From: a bacterium
GTDB lineage: Bacteria > UBA8248 > JACPRG01 > G963555815
Direction: 5' to 3'
NCBI GenBank assembly: GCA_965218795.1
Contig: OZ244653.1
Span: 2,944,001-3,008,000, forward strand
DNA length: 64,000 nt
Both the position numbers and the translations under genes were made by a program. Each line of letters starts with the position of its first letter. Position 1 is the stretch's first letter. Below the pieces are notes generated by a model. It saw only the letters and a program-made list of their open reading frames with translations, was not told where the DNA came from and made no database searches. Shown piece by piece: positions 8,380 through 18,033 of the stretch.

Positions 8380-9588
8380 CTACTTGGCGCGATCCTGCAG
8401 CGACATCTCTCGATACCCCTTCAGGATGTGCCCGGCGATGCTGTCCGCGACCCGCACAGCCGCCTCGTGCACCGAATCTCGGGCGAGATGCGCATAGCGC
8501 GCCGTGGTCTCGACCTGGGTGTGGCCAAGGAGCTTTCCGATCATCGGGAGAGACTCGCCCAGCGCCAGGGCCCTCGACGCGTAGCTGTGCCTGCAGTCGT
8601 GGATGCGCATGTCCGTGAGTCCCGCGCGCTCGCAGATGATCTCCCAGGGGTCGTTCAGGTTGCGCATCGGCCTGCCCTTGACCTTGCCCGGAATGACGAA
8701 CGGATTGTCCTGAACGCGCGGGATAGCCGCCAGCACGCCGGCGGCTTCCGGCGAGAGCGAGATCCTCCGCGGGCCGGTCTTGGTGTCAGGCAATCCGAGC
8801 TCGTTCGCCTTGAGGTCCACCTCGTCCCAGCGCATCGAGAGGATCTCGTTCTTCCGGCATCCGGTCAGCAGAAGCAGGCGGATAGCCGCCACCGCGTGAA
8901 CCGAAACCCCCTTGCGGGTCTCCGCCTCGTCCAGCACCCGGCCGAGACGCCGGAACTCCTCCCCGGTCAGGAACCGGTCGCGGGCGCGCTCACGGTACTT
9001 GACCACCAGCCGGCACGGGTTGGCGGCCTCCGGGATCAGCCCCCGGTCCCCGGCCGCGTTGTATATCCGCGAGAGCACGTCCACCACGCGGTTCGCCATG
9101 AACGGCGTCTCCCGGAGCTTATGATGCAACTCGCTCACACGGACGTGTCCGACCGCAAGCGCGGGCATCCTGCCGAGCGCGGGCAGGATATGTTTCCGGA
9201 CGGCCTGGCCGTACATCTCCACCGTCTTCGGCTTGCACCGCACCGCGACGTGTTCTTCCAGATACGCCCGGGCAAGTTCGGCAACGCTCGGCCCCTCCGC
9301 CGGCCTGAGCGGCTTGGGGACCGGCTCCTCGCCCGCCTTGATCCGCGTGATGATAAGCGCCGCCCGCCTGCGCGCCTCCTCGGCCGTAACGACGCCGTGG
9401 CGGCCCACCGTCACCCGCTTCGCCGCCCGGCCGCCCGCGCGGGTCTGCACCACGTAGTACTTGCTCCCCGAGGGATAGACCCGCACCCCGAACCCGCTCA
9501 GTTCGCTGTCCCAGAACACCGTGTCCTTCTCTACCTTGAGCGCCTCCACCGTGCGCCTGGAAACCGTCTTCGTCTCAAACCTCGCCAT
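8380..9588 (-). CDS. tyrosine recombinase/integrase with N-terminal arm-binding domain
   Basis: WDSELSGFGVRV arm domain; catalytic GCRKNE, KTG, HDCRH, LGH, RYAH. Confidence 0.95.
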   Translation of the reverse strand: MARFETKTVSRRTVEALKVEKDTVFWDSELSGFGVRVYPSGSKYYVVQTRAGGRAAKRVTVGRHGVVTAEEARRRAALIITRIKAGEEPVPKPLRPAEGPSVAELARAYLEEHVAVRCKPKTVEMYGQAVRKHILPALGRMPALAVGHVRVSELHHKLRETPFMANRVVDVLSRIYNAAGDRGLIPEAANPCRLVVKYRERARDRFLTGEEFRRLGRVLDEAETRKGVSVHAVAAIRLLLLTGCRKNEILSMRWDEVDLKANELGLPDTKTGPRRISLSPEAAGVLAAIPRVQDNPFVIPGKVKGRPMRNLNDPWEIICERAGLTDMRIHDCRHSYASRALALGESLPMIGKLLGHTQVETTARYAHLARDSVHEAAVRVADSIAGHILKGYREMSLQDRAK

Positions 9589-9600
9589 ACCTCTCCTCCC

Positions 9601-10779
9601 TCACGCGGAGCCGTTCAGAACGTCCGCCCCGATGCTTCCGCCGACCTTCACGGCGGAGGCCTTCTCGGTATCGCGCGCGAGATGCGCGTACCGCGCCGTC
9701 GTCGTGACCTTGTGGTGACCCAGGAGCTTCCCGATCATGGGAAGCCCCTCGCCGAGGGCCAGCGCCCTCGACGCATAGCTGTGCCGGCAGTCGTGGATGC
9801 GGACGTCCTCGAGCCCGGCGCGCGCCCGGAGCCTGAGCCAGATGCCGTCCAGGTTCTTGAGGTGATCTTCCGGATTCTGGCCGGCGATGACCCAGGGGTT
9901 GTCCTTGAGGCGCGGAATACCGGCGAGCACCGCCTCCACCGCCGGCGTCAGCGGAACCCGCCGCGCGCCCGTCTTCGCATCGGCGATCCGCAGTTCGCCC
10001 GCCGTGCGGTCCACGTCGTCCCACCGCAACGTCACGATCTCGTTCTTCCTGCATCCGGTCAGCAGCAGAAGGCGGATCGCCGCAATCCCGGAGGCGAGCA
10101 CCGAACCATCAGCCTCCGCCTCCTCCAGCACCTCTCCCAGCCGCCGGTATTCCTCGGGCGTCAAGAACCGCTCGCGGCGCCGTTCCTTGTAACGCCGCAC
10201 CGAGCGGCACGGGTTCCGTCTCGGCGGCGTCATGCCCCAGGCCTCGGCGAGCTTGAACATCTTCGCCAGCACGCTCACCGTCTGGTTGGCCTGGTAGGGC
10301 TTGTCCCGGAGTTTGTGATGGAGTGCGGAGACATGGGACCGTTCCACGGCGGACAGCGCGAGTTCCCCCAGCTCCGGCACGATATACAGATCGACCACGC
10401 GCCGGAACACTTCCACGGTGTTCGGCCGGCAGTTCACCTCGACATGGGCCCGCATGTAGCGCTCGGCAAGATCGGCCACCGTCGGTTCCGGGGCGGGCTC
10501 CGGCGGATGCGGATCCTCGCCCCTCTTGATGCGGTCGATCACGACGGCGGCCTCGCGCCGCGCCGCGTCGGCGGAGATATCCCCGTGCCGGCCGATGGAG
10601 GCGCGCCTGGGTCCACTGGCCGGCCCCCGCGTCTGTACGACATAGTTCTTGCGGCCCGTGGCGTAGACCCGCACCCCGAAGCCGGGGAGTTCCCGGTCCC
10701 AGAAGACGGCATCCCCCTTCTCCACGGCGAGTGCGTCGACCACTCGTTTGCTGAGCTTGACTGCATCCTTCCGGGCCAT
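9601..10779 (-). CDS. tyrosine recombinase/integrase with N-terminal arm-binding domain (paralog of 8380-9588)
   Basis: WDRELPGFGVRV; GCRKNE, KTG, HDCRH, LGH, RYAH intact. Confidence 0.95.
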   Translation of the reverse strand: MARKDAVKLSKRVVDALAVEKGDAVFWDRELPGFGVRVYATGRKNYVVQTRGPASGPRRASIGRHGDISADAARREAAVVIDRIKRGEDPHPPEPAPEPTVADLAERYMRAHVEVNCRPNTVEVFRRVVDLYIVPELGELALSAVERSHVSALHHKLRDKPYQANQTVSVLAKMFKLAEAWGMTPPRRNPCRSVRRYKERRRERFLTPEEYRRLGEVLEEAEADGSVLASGIAAIRLLLLTGCRKNEIVTLRWDDVDRTAGELRIADAKTGARRVPLTPAVEAVLAGIPRLKDNPWVIAGQNPEDHLKNLDGIWLRLRARAGLEDVRIHDCRHSYASRALALGEGLPMIGKLLGHHKVTTTARYAHLARDTEKASAVKVGGSIGADVLNGSA

Positions 10780-10984
10780 GAGAATGTCTCCATACGGTCC
10801 TTCGCGCTGCCGATCGGATCACGCAAACCGTCATCATTCCGCAACCGACTGAGGTCAAATCCATGGCCATTTAAGTACATTCTTGTCGCAAATCCAAGGG
10901 CCGGGAGAGGCACGAAACGGAATTAAAATGAATGATTACATATATTTATCATGTAATCGGCATGACATGCGCACCAATGTCAAT

Positions 10985-11212
10985 CAGGATGATTTTATAC
11001 ATAATCTATGTCATTCGTATGCCAGCCGTGCACTGGCGCTCGGCGAGAGTTTGCCGATGATCGGAAAGCTGTTGGGCCACAGCCAAGTCGAGACCACGGC
11101 TCGGTACGCGCATCTGGCGCGGGATTCGGTGCAGGAGGCCGCAGCCCGTATCGCCGACAGTATCGCGACCGACATTCTGGGCGAAGGCTGGAGGCCAGCT
11201 TCCGGTTCATGA
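10985..11212 (+). pseudogene. inverted C-terminal fragment of a third related integrase
   Basis: IHNLCHSYASRALALGESLPMIGKLLGHSQVETTARYAHLARDSV; HxxRH degraded to HNLCH. Confidence 0.85.
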
Positions 11213-11464
11213 TCTTTGCCACACTTATGCAGTTCTAGAGAATTTCCACGCTCTCAAATATCGTTTATCTATTTGTTTTTCAATGTTGTTTCCGTGTTCG
11301 CTGCAACTCGCCTGATTATGTCCTACTGGGCTGGGTGATCGTTTCGCAACCGGATTTGATCAATATGCAGGCATGACATGTCTGCACTTGTCGGTTATCG
11401 CTCCCGGGACCCTGATTCCGACATCCCCGCACCGTGGCCCGTCGCACGGCTCCATTCACGCAAA

Positions 11465-11728
11465 ACGATCCGCTCGAGCTCCTCCACGCTCCGAACTCCT
11501 CAGACCGTCCTCACGACGGCCCTCGTCCCGATCGGCTTGGCGTACCCAGTTGCGAATCGCCGAAGCGAAGCACTCAAACTCGCGAGCCAGCTCCCCGGGC
11601 GTGCGGCCCGCGCGGACCAGCTCGACCATCTGGCGCCGTTACGCCGGCGCGTAAGGGGAATGAGTCTTTGTCATCTGAACACCTCCTGCGCACAGTCTGA
11701 AGGTGTCCACAAAAACGGGGCAAATCCA
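11465..11728 (-). mobile_element. second IS3-family left-end remnant (same element type as 7855-8340)
   Basis: IRL TGGATTTGCCCCGTTTTTGTGGACACC from 11728 and degenerate orfA; left limit approximate. Confidence 0.85.
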
Positions 11729-11935
11729 GTCAACGTACTGCTCATGGCCCAGGTGCTCGGGCTTGGCATCAGCTTCTTTCCCTATCAGATGCCCCCGCTG
11801 ATCACGGCACAGGGCTTCGGGGCCTATACGAACAAGCAGGCCCTGCGCGTCATGCTGCCCTTCGGGATCATCAGCATCCTCATTGTCATCCCGCTCACAA
11901 TTCTCTACTGGAAGCTCATCGGGTTTATTCCTTGA
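11729..11935 (+). pseudogene. C-terminal remnant of an SLC13/DASS-like membrane transporter, cut by the IS
   Basis: VLLMAQVLGLGISFFPYQMPPL...LTILYWKLIGFIP begins right at the IS end. Confidence 0.65.
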
Positions 11936-11987
11936 GGGGGCGCTTCCGATGAGAGGGTTCACCCCTGGGTCGTGATAACGGGTCCAT

Positions 11988-12027
11988 GATAGACTGGGAT
12001 AGACTGGGATAGACTGGGATAGACTGG
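11988..12027 (+). repeat. tandem repeat (GATAGACTGG)x4
   Basis: Four perfect 10-bp units in the intergenic region. Confidence 0.95.
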
Positions 12028-12125
12028 TTTTGCTTTCCCTTTTGATAAGCCAATCGGTTGCGGAATGAGGCCGTTCTCGGAAGTGTAAAACATCATCAGA
12101 GGGTCAACAGAAAAGGAAGAGGTTG

Positions 12126-13328
12126 ATGGGTAACACTCCTTGGGCATGCGAGGATTTTTGGGTCGGGCCGCTGAACTACTCGGATGAAGTCAAGAGCCGG
12201 CTGGACCTTCCGGAAAAAGTGGAGATCCACGATGTCACCCTGCGGGACGGTGAACAGACCCCGGGTGTCGTTTTCCGGGTTGAAGAGAAGCTGGAGATCG
12301 CCAAGGCCCTTGACGATCTGGGGGTTGACCGGATTGAAGGCGGCATGCCCGCTGTTTCGACCGACGACGCCAAGGCTATCGAGGAGATGTCACGGATGGG
12401 CCTTCGGGCCAAGTTGATGACGTTCTGCCGGGCCACGCCCGCGGATGTCGATCTCTCCCTGAAGTGCGGCGCGCAGGGGGTGATCATCGAGATCCCCTGC
12501 GGCAAGCCGAAACTCAAGTACCAGTTCACGAAATGGAGCGAAGAGGACGTCATTCAGCGAAGCGCCGAGACGGTGGCCCACGCCAAGGCTGCGGGCCTTC
12601 ATACGGTCTATTTCCCTTATGACACCACACGGGCGGATCTGGATTTTCTCGACCGTCTGTTGGGAGAAGTCATGGAGCGAGGCCGGCCGGACGCCGTAGG
12701 CGTCGTGGATACGACAGGTTGCTTGCTCCCCCAGGCCATGGAGGTGTTGGTCCGCAGGGTGCGGAAACGGATTGACGCTGAGGTCGAAGTCCACACGCAT
12801 AACGACCTGGGGATGGGCATCGCGACGACCCTGGCGGCTGTCGGAGCCGGGGCGACGGTGGCCCACGTGAGCGTGAACGCCTTGGGAGAGCGTAGCGGAA
12901 ACGCCTCCCTGGATGAAGTGGCGGTGAGTCTCAGGACCCTGTACGGTATGAAAACCAATATCCGGTTCGAGAAGCTGGAGGAGGTGAGCGCTCTGGTTCA
13001 GAGATTGTCGGGCTATCCCCTGGCTCTCGGAAAGGCGTTGACGGGATTGAATACCTTCACGCGGGAGTCCGGCATCGGAATCGACATGTTGTATGAGCAT
13101 CCGCTGGCGATGTTCTCCATTGCGCCGAAGTTCGTCGGAAACCGGCCCCGCGTTGTGTTGGGTAAGAAGAGCGGAGCGACTTCCATCCGGGTCAAGCTCG
13201 AGGAGCACGGCCTGAAACTGGAGGAGGAAAAGACCCAAGCGGCCCTGGCGGAAGTCAAGCGGCGGTCGATCGAGCGAAAGGCGCTCATCGACGATGACGA
13301 ATTCAGGGAGATCGTCGAGGCTTTGTAA
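12126..13328 (+). CDS. DRE-TIM metallolyase, homocitrate/2-isopropylmalate synthase-like (no regulatory domain)
   Basis: DVTLRDGEQTPG, HTHNDLGMG, GERSGNA, VLGKKSG. Confidence 0.88.
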   Translation: MGNTPWACEDFWVGPLNYSDEVKSRLDLPEKVEIHDVTLRDGEQTPGVVFRVEEKLEIAKALDDLGVDRIEGGMPAVSTDDAKAIEEMSRMGLRAKLMTFCRATPADVDLSLKCGAQGVIIEIPCGKPKLKYQFTKWSEEDVIQRSAETVAHAKAAGLHTVYFPYDTTRADLDFLDRLLGEVMERGRPDAVGVVDTTGCLLPQAMEVLVRRVRKRIDAEVEVHTHNDLGMGIATTLAAVGAGATVAHVSVNALGERSGNASLDEVAVSLRTLYGMKTNIRFEKLEEVSALVQRLSGYPLALGKALTGLNTFTRESGIGIDMLYEHPLAMFSIAPKFVGNRPRVVLGKKSGATSIRVKLEEHGLKLEEEKTQAALAEVKRRSIERKALIDDDEFREIVEAL

Positions 13329-13403
13329 AGATTTCGTTGTCTTATGGTTCCACGGTGACCCGCCTGGGCGGGTTATCCCATTTTCATGGAGTCTGCCATT
13401 CAC

Positions 13404-14579
13404 ATGGATTTCGAATTAACGTCTGAACAGAAGTCATTGCAGAGAAAGACGCGAGAATTCGTCGACCGGCACATCCTCCCGATCAGCCTGGAGCGCGATC
13501 AGATTCCGGACCCCGCTGAAGCCTTTCCCTGGGAGGTGATTGAAGAGGGCGACCGGCTGGGGCTGCGGCTCTTGTCCCTCCCGGAGGAAGACGGCGGGGC
13601 CGGCGCGGATATCGTGGCCTTGTGCCTGGTGGGGGAGGAGCTGGCGCGCGGCGACCTGGGCCTCGCGGTGGCCTTTGACCAGACCTGGAAGATGTTCAGC
13701 CTCCTCGCCGGGAGCATGTCGGAGGATCAGAAAAAGCGTCACTTTCCGGCGCTCCTGAACAATCCTCGGGCGCTCTTGGCCACCGCCAACACGGAGCCCG
13801 AAATCGGATCGGACAATATCCTCCCCTATGATGCGCCGGGGGCCGGTACGCAGACCACGGCCCTGTTGGATGGCGATCACTATGTCATCAACGGGCGGAA
13901 GCACTTCATCTCCAATGGCGGCCTTGCGAGTTTCTACGTCTTGTATGCACGGACAGACAACAGTGTAGGGGTCTCCGAGGGATTGACGGCATTCCTTCTG
14001 CCGGCGAATACGCCGGGATTTTCCGTTGTCCGTGTACACAACAAGATGGGACAGCGTCTTGTCCAAAACGCCGAGTTGCTGTTGGAGAATGTTCGGATTC
14101 CGGTGGAAGACCGCCTGGGGGAGGAAAACAAGGCGATGTTCATGCGGCGGCATTGGCTTCTGGGGAGCAATACCCAAGCGGCAGCGACCGTCCTCGGGTG
14201 CGCCGTCGGCGCCTACGAATACGCGCTGAATTGGGCGAAGACGAGAATCCAGGGCGGGAAGCCGATCATCGAGCATCCCAATGTCGCCTCCGTCTGCTCG
14301 GACATGTTCATGGACCTCGAAGCATCCCGAAGCTTTATCTTGCGGACGGCCTGGGCGGCCGAGCACGATCCGAATTTTCAACCCCGACTCAGCAACATGT
14401 GCAAGGTCTTCGCATCCGAAGCGGCCACCCGGGTCTGCATTGCGGCCCTCGATATTATGGGCGGGCATGGATATATGAAGGACCATCCGGTCGAGAAGTA
14501 TCTGCGGGATGCGTTGTCATTCCACCACTCGGATGGACATAATCATATCATTCGTCTTCGAACCGCACCCATGCTCTAG
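13404..14579 (+). CDS. acyl-CoA dehydrogenase family protein
   Basis: TEPEIGSD, NGRKHFISNG, RIQGGKPI, MGGHGYMKDHPVEKYLRD. Confidence 0.92.
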   Translation: MDFELTSEQKSLQRKTREFVDRHILPISLERDQIPDPAEAFPWEVIEEGDRLGLRLLSLPEEDGGAGADIVALCLVGEELARGDLGLAVAFDQTWKMFSLLAGSMSEDQKKRHFPALLNNPRALLATANTEPEIGSDNILPYDAPGAGTQTTALLDGDHYVINGRKHFISNGGLASFYVLYARTDNSVGVSEGLTAFLLPANTPGFSVVRVHNKMGQRLVQNAELLLENVRIPVEDRLGEENKAMFMRRHWLLGSNTQAAATVLGCAVGAYEYALNWAKTRIQGGKPIIEHPNVASVCSDMFMDLEASRSFILRTAWAAEHDPNFQPRLSNMCKVFASEAATRVCIAALDIMGGHGYMKDHPVEKYLRDALSFHHSDGHNHIIRLRTAPML

Positions 14580-14989
14580 CCCGGAGATCCGGCTTTCGAC
14601 GGTCTGAAGATTTCCTGGATAAGGCTTATTGAAAAATAAGGCTGATGGCTGCCGCATACCGAGAAAGACACTCAACCCTCGGGTTGCGTCACACTCTCAT
14701 CCAGCCGCGATCATCTCCCCGGATCACCCTGCACTTTCGTGACAAGGGGAAGGGGGCCGCCTTCGCCCGCTTTCCTGGTCAACCCGCTCCCAAGCAGGAC
14801 CGCGTCCGGGCCATCGATTTCCATTGGGTCCGCAAAACCCCTCCGGCGGCGAAAGCCGACGGATTGACCCACCCTTGCAATACGACCGATCATTGAAAAT
14901 TCAACGAGATTCGATTCCTCCCGATGAAGCCTGAAGGCTGCCGTCCGGCCAGGGGGAATCATTCGAATTTCCTGAACGGGGAGGCGGGC

Positions 14990-15286
14990 ATGTCAACGTA
15001 TGTTCTTCTCGCGAACTTTACAGACCAAGGAATCAGAACAGTCAAGGAATCCCCCATGCGCTCGGCAGCCGCGGGCCGGATAATGAATGAATTGGGGGGA
15101 GAGCTGAAAGAGGCCTATCTGACCTTCGGAGGCTACGATTTCGTTGTGATTGCAGAAGCGCCCAGTGATGAGGTCATGGCCAAGTTCCTGATGCGCATCG
15201 CCTCGGACGGAAACCTTCGGTTCACAACCCTGAAGGCATTTCCGAGCGCTGAATATCGGAAGCTCATGGAAGAAATTCCTTCTTGA
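14990..15286 (+). CDS. GYD domain protein
   Basis: YVLLANFTDQGIR...LTFGGYDFVVIAEAP...TTLKAF. Confidence 0.88.
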   Translation: MSTYVLLANFTDQGIRTVKESPMRSAAAGRIMNELGGELKEAYLTFGGYDFVVIAEAPSDEVMAKFLMRIASDGNLRFTTLKAFPSAEYRKLMEEIPS

Positions 15287-15435
15287 ATTTTCGGTGGAGC
15301 GAGAGCCGTTCCAATGCGTGGTTGACAGTTCAGCCTTTTCGGTTGATCGTGGTTCATTCCATCGACCCAAGCTGCTGTGTCTTTCTGGAGGCCTCGTATT
15401 CCCCAAAAGCAAATTTTTTCGAAGGGGGTATCACG

Positions 15436-16434
15436 ATGAAACGTTTGTCAAAGGTTGGGGCGATAGCGCTTGCTTTCGTTTCAGCCATCAGTCTGTCCGT
15501 ATCGCAGGGAGTCGCCGCGGACAAGGTGCTCTTTATCTTGGACTGGGCCCACTACGCGGCGCACACGGGCTACTTCAACGCACTCGAAGGCGGGTTTTTC
15601 AATCGGGCGGGCATGGACGTCACCATCCATCGCGGTTACGGATCGGGCGACACCATTAAGAAAATGGCGGCCAAGAAGGCGGATTTCGGATTCGCCGACA
15701 CAGGGACTCTTGTGGTTTCTCGCAACAAAGGCGCGATGGTCAAGAGCCTGGGAGTCCTTCATAATAACGCCCCCCACTCGGTTTATGCGCTGAAGAGCTC
15801 GGGCATCAGCAGCGTCAAAGCCCTCGAGGGGAAAACCTACGGAGATGCCGCGGGCGGTTCGACGGCTGCGCTGTTCCCCGCTCTGGCGACGCTCCACGGC
15901 GTAAAGAAGTGGAACTTCGTCAATTTTGCCCCGGTTGCGAAATATGCCGCCCTTCTCAGCAAATCGGTGGATTTCATCTGTACGTACGCGGATGTCGCCG
16001 AAGGCATGAAGCGCACGGCCGTGAAGAGAAGGGACGAGCTCGTCGAGCTGCGTTGGTCGGACAATGGTCTCCAATTCCACGGCAACGGTATCGTCGCGCA
16101 CGATGACACCATCTCGCAACGGGCCGACCTCACACGGCGTTTCGTCAATGCCGTCTTCAAGGGCGTGGCGAATGCCATTGGAAATCCTCCGATGGCGGTT
16201 CAGAGGTTCCTGAAGAACGCTCCGGCACTGAACCCCGATATCATCAGCAAGGATTGGAAGACCACAATGTCCTTGGCCTATACGCCGGAGACCCGAAAGA
16301 TTGGGGTGGGGCGTCTGAGCGAGAAGAAGATGAATTCAACCATCGACGTAGTGACGAAGTATATGAAGATCCCGAGACGGGCAAAGGTTGAGGAAATTTA
16401 TGCACCTCAGTTCCTGAAAAAGCACCTGCCCTGA
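15436..16434 (+). CDS. ABC substrate-binding protein, NMT1/THI5-like
   Basis: Signal peptide; LDW, GMDVTIHRGYGSGD, ADFGFAD. Confidence 0.88.
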   Translation: MKRLSKVGAIALAFVSAISLSVSQGVAADKVLFILDWAHYAAHTGYFNALEGGFFNRAGMDVTIHRGYGSGDTIKKMAAKKADFGFADTGTLVVSRNKGAMVKSLGVLHNNAPHSVYALKSSGISSVKALEGKTYGDAAGGSTAALFPALATLHGVKKWNFVNFAPVAKYAALLSKSVDFICTYADVAEGMKRTAVKRRDELVELRWSDNGLQFHGNGIVAHDDTISQRADLTRRFVNAVFKGVANAIGNPPMAVQRFLKNAPALNPDIISKDWKTTMSLAYTPETRKIGVGRLSEKKMNSTIDVVTKYMKIPRRAKVEEIYAPQFLKKHLP

Positions 16435-16447
16435 CAGGGTGGACATG

Positions 16448-16490
16448 AACCGGCAAGGCTGGGTGTCCCCTGGCCTTGCCGGTTGTTTTG
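16448..16490 (+). terminator. intrinsic terminator-like hairpin
   Basis: AACCGGCAAGGC...GCCTTGCCGGTT then GTTTTG after the stop codon. Confidence 0.6.
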
Positions 16491-16601
16491 TGGAATGATA
16501 CGTTTGACTAGTCAGGAGTATCATTCTCTGGGAATTCCCGTGGCACCCGTACCTCGCCTCGAGATCGTCAGGCGCCGCGTAAGTCGATTTCTCCCTCGAG
16601 A

Positions 16602-16682
16602 TGGATTCCCGCTTCCGCGGGAATGACAGATGGGTGAGGCTGCGTAACTCTATTTCGTCATTCCTGCGCAAGCAGGAATCCA
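16602..16682. repeat. pair of REP-like palindromes, GTCATTCC(C/T)GC-N-GC(G/A)GGAATCCA family
   Basis: 16602-16627 (reverse) and 16657-16682 (forward); same family at 24615, 25705, 37408, 37462. Confidence 0.85.
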
Positions 16683-16685
16683 GGA

Positions 16686-16850
16686 AACATTAGGACGGGC
16701 TGCGAGAGAAAGACCTGAACGCGTACCTGAAGCTCTACTAGCTCTACAACACCGAGCGGCCTCATCAGGACTGTCGCAACATGGGCAGGAGACCCATCGT
16801 CACGGTCAGGAAGTTTATCCAACCTGTGAGGAAAGAATCCTAGTCATACA
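16686..16850 (+). mobile_element. IS481-like 3' end remnant
   Basis: Degenerate KDLNAYL..YNTERPHQ..RNMGRRP..KFIQPVRKE* then ...CATACA end; second copy at 32748-32915. Confidence 0.65.
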
Positions 16851-16955
16851 GATAATGAATCCCTCGGCTTTATCGCTTCACTTGGATCATTGGCGTAAAG
16901 GATGGACTGGGATTCGGTTCACTGCGAACTGTTGGAATCCGCGCAGAGGAGGCCG

Positions 16956-17957
16956 ATGATGAATGCGAGCACTGTGAAAGAAGCTCCGTTGAGGGAGGGA
17001 GCCTTGTGGCCGGCTCTGCGGGATTACTGGCATGTGGTCGCCTGGTCGGAAGATATCAAAGAGAATGAAATCTTCCCCTACACGCTCCTCGATGAAGACA
17101 TCGTTGTGTGCCGGCTGGGCGGGGAGTTGGCGGCATTCTCCGATCTCTGTGTGCACCGAGGGACGCCGATGTCCCTTGGAACCATTGAGGGCGACCGGAT
17201 TGTCTGCTGCTATCACGGCTGGGAATATGATGCGGCGGGTCAATGCAAGCGGATTCCGTCCATTCCCGACGATCACCCCATTCCCAGACGGGCGTGCCTG
17301 ACGAAGTATTCGGTCGAGGAACGCTACGGGATGATTTGGGTCTGCATGTCCGACACGCCCCGCCAACCTGTCCCCGAGTGCCCGCTGGCGGAAGACCCGA
17401 GCTATCGGCTCGTTTTCCAAAATCGATGGATTTGGAAGACCGGCGCCGCGCGGGCGACCGAGAATTTTTTCGATCAGGCTCATTTCGTTTTTGTGCATAG
17501 CGGACTTCTGGGCGACAAATCCAAACCGCGGGTATCTCAACCGACCATTGAACGAAACGGCGACATACTTCATTTCTGGGTGGACGTCCCGGCGGACTCA
17601 ACCCACGTTGAGCCCTATGTGCGTCGCTATACGGTCTTCCGCCCTTTCACCATCTACCAGCAGAAGCAGGTTCCGGGGGAACGAAACGAGGTCTATCTCA
17701 ACTACTCCTCACCTAACTCAGCCAGGCATACGACCCGGTTTCTGAAGATTTTGCGCAATTATGATCCCCCGCCAGAAGAAGCCACGGGGGTCGAGCACGT
17801 GACGGAGTTGGTGGTGGAGCAGGACAGGGTCATCGTCGAGCGGCAGCGGCCCGAGGAGCTTCCATTGGACCTGTCCGAGGAATTGCACGTGAAGGCGCCC
17901 GACGCTATTGCCGTGGCGTACCGCCGATTCATGGGCGAGTTGGGCGTGGAATGCTGA
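16956..17957 (+). CDS. Rieske non-heme iron oxygenase, VanA/N-demethylase-like
   Basis: CVHRG...CCYHGW Rieske motif, ENFFDQAHF..H, EQD. Confidence 0.92.
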   Translation: MMNASTVKEAPLREGALWPALRDYWHVVAWSEDIKENEIFPYTLLDEDIVVCRLGGELAAFSDLCVHRGTPMSLGTIEGDRIVCCYHGWEYDAAGQCKRIPSIPDDHPIPRRACLTKYSVEERYGMIWVCMSDTPRQPVPECPLAEDPSYRLVFQNRWIWKTGAARATENFFDQAHFVFVHSGLLGDKSKPRVSQPTIERNGDILHFWVDVPADSTHVEPYVRRYTVFRPFTIYQQKQVPGERNEVYLNYSSPNSARHTTRFLKILRNYDPPPEEATGVEHVTELVVEQDRVIVERQRPEELPLDLSEELHVKAPDAIAVAYRRFMGELGVEC

Positions 17958-18033
17958 CCCCTGTTTTCAAGGGATTGCGTCAGGAATCTGAAAACAATGA
18001 ATCAGACGGATCAAGCTTGGAAAAGAACATGGC

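Noticed and set aside
8149-10926. 925-aa plus-strand ORF
   Set aside because: Antisense shadow of the two GC-rich integrase genes; no recognisable motifs.
10994-11021. dif-like half site TTTATACATAA-TCTATG
   Set aside because: No XerD arm; it is the degraded IHDLRH coding sequence of the integrase remnant.
11988-12027. Possible CRISPR array
   Set aside because: 10-bp units with no spacers and no cas genes; no CRISPR array seen anywhere in the window.
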